IMG/VR virus record: IMGVR_UViG_3300020060_000009
From: a virus
Taxonomy: Duplodnaviria > Heunggongvirae > Uroviricota > Caudoviricetes
DNA: 64,000 nt
Strand: one strand, 5' to 3'
Positions 63,997 to 64,000 of this stretch are shown one piece after another. The notes under the pieces are model-generated. The model was given only the letters and a program-made list of their open reading frames with translations, searched no databases and was not told where the DNA came from. Position 1 is the stretch's first letter. The number at the start of each line of letters is the position of its first letter. The translations under genes were made by a program, and so were the position numbers.

Positions 63997-64000
63997 TTGG

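Overview
The window appears to be a contiguous piece of a large virulent tailed-phage genome. The virion looks siphovirus-like, based on a major tail protein, a 1079-aa tape measure and no sheath gene. The host is probably Gram-positive, judged from AAGGAG-type ribosome-binding sites, a CHAP plus M15/VanY endolysin and about 38-40% GC. No integrase or CRISPR array is seen.

Layout:
- **1-20164 (minus strand):** early/accessory block with many tRNA-metabolism genes. These are a CCA-adding enzyme, a PTH2-type peptidyl-tRNA hydrolase, a compact MetK-like SAM synthetase, T4-like polynucleotide kinase/phosphatase and an Rnl2-like RNA ligase. There is also a roughly 6.5-kb glycosyltransferase / methyltransferase / deacetylase cluster, a DEDD exonuclease and GIY-YIG endonucleases.
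- **20164-20497:** a divergent AT-rich intergenic region with iteron-like repeats, probably an origin of replication. It is followed by plus-strand replication genes (replisome organiser, DnaB-like helicase), a RusA resolvase and a GIY-YIG endonuclease interrupted by an in-frame TGA.
- **24493-24844 (minus strand):** a phage-encoded tmRNA (ssrA).
- **27934-31327 and 38874-41190 (minus strand):** two tRNA arrays of about 30 genes in total, interspersed with HNH endonucleases. Each is driven by a minus-strand copy of a conserved promoter (TTGTGT-N17-[C/T]ATAAT) that recurs at least 12 times in the window.
- **31543-38827 (mostly plus strand):** a HIRAN-nuclease, an endonuclease VII-like protein, RNase H, vWA proteins, a T7 gp2.5-like SSB, an SPFH protein and a YmgE-like membrane protein.
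- **47370-63996 (mostly minus strand):** holin and endolysin, then the late structural module (collagen-like fibre, minor tail proteins, tape measure, chaperone pair, major tail protein, head-tail joining proteins, major capsid protein).

The most striking theme is an unusually complete phage-borne translation maintenance and tRNA repair toolkit: tmRNA, PTH2, CCA-adding enzyme, Pnkp plus RNA ligase, and about 30 tRNAs, several of which are non-canonical or lack an encoded CCA. All coordinates for RNA genes were folded by eye and are approximate (about ±3 nt).
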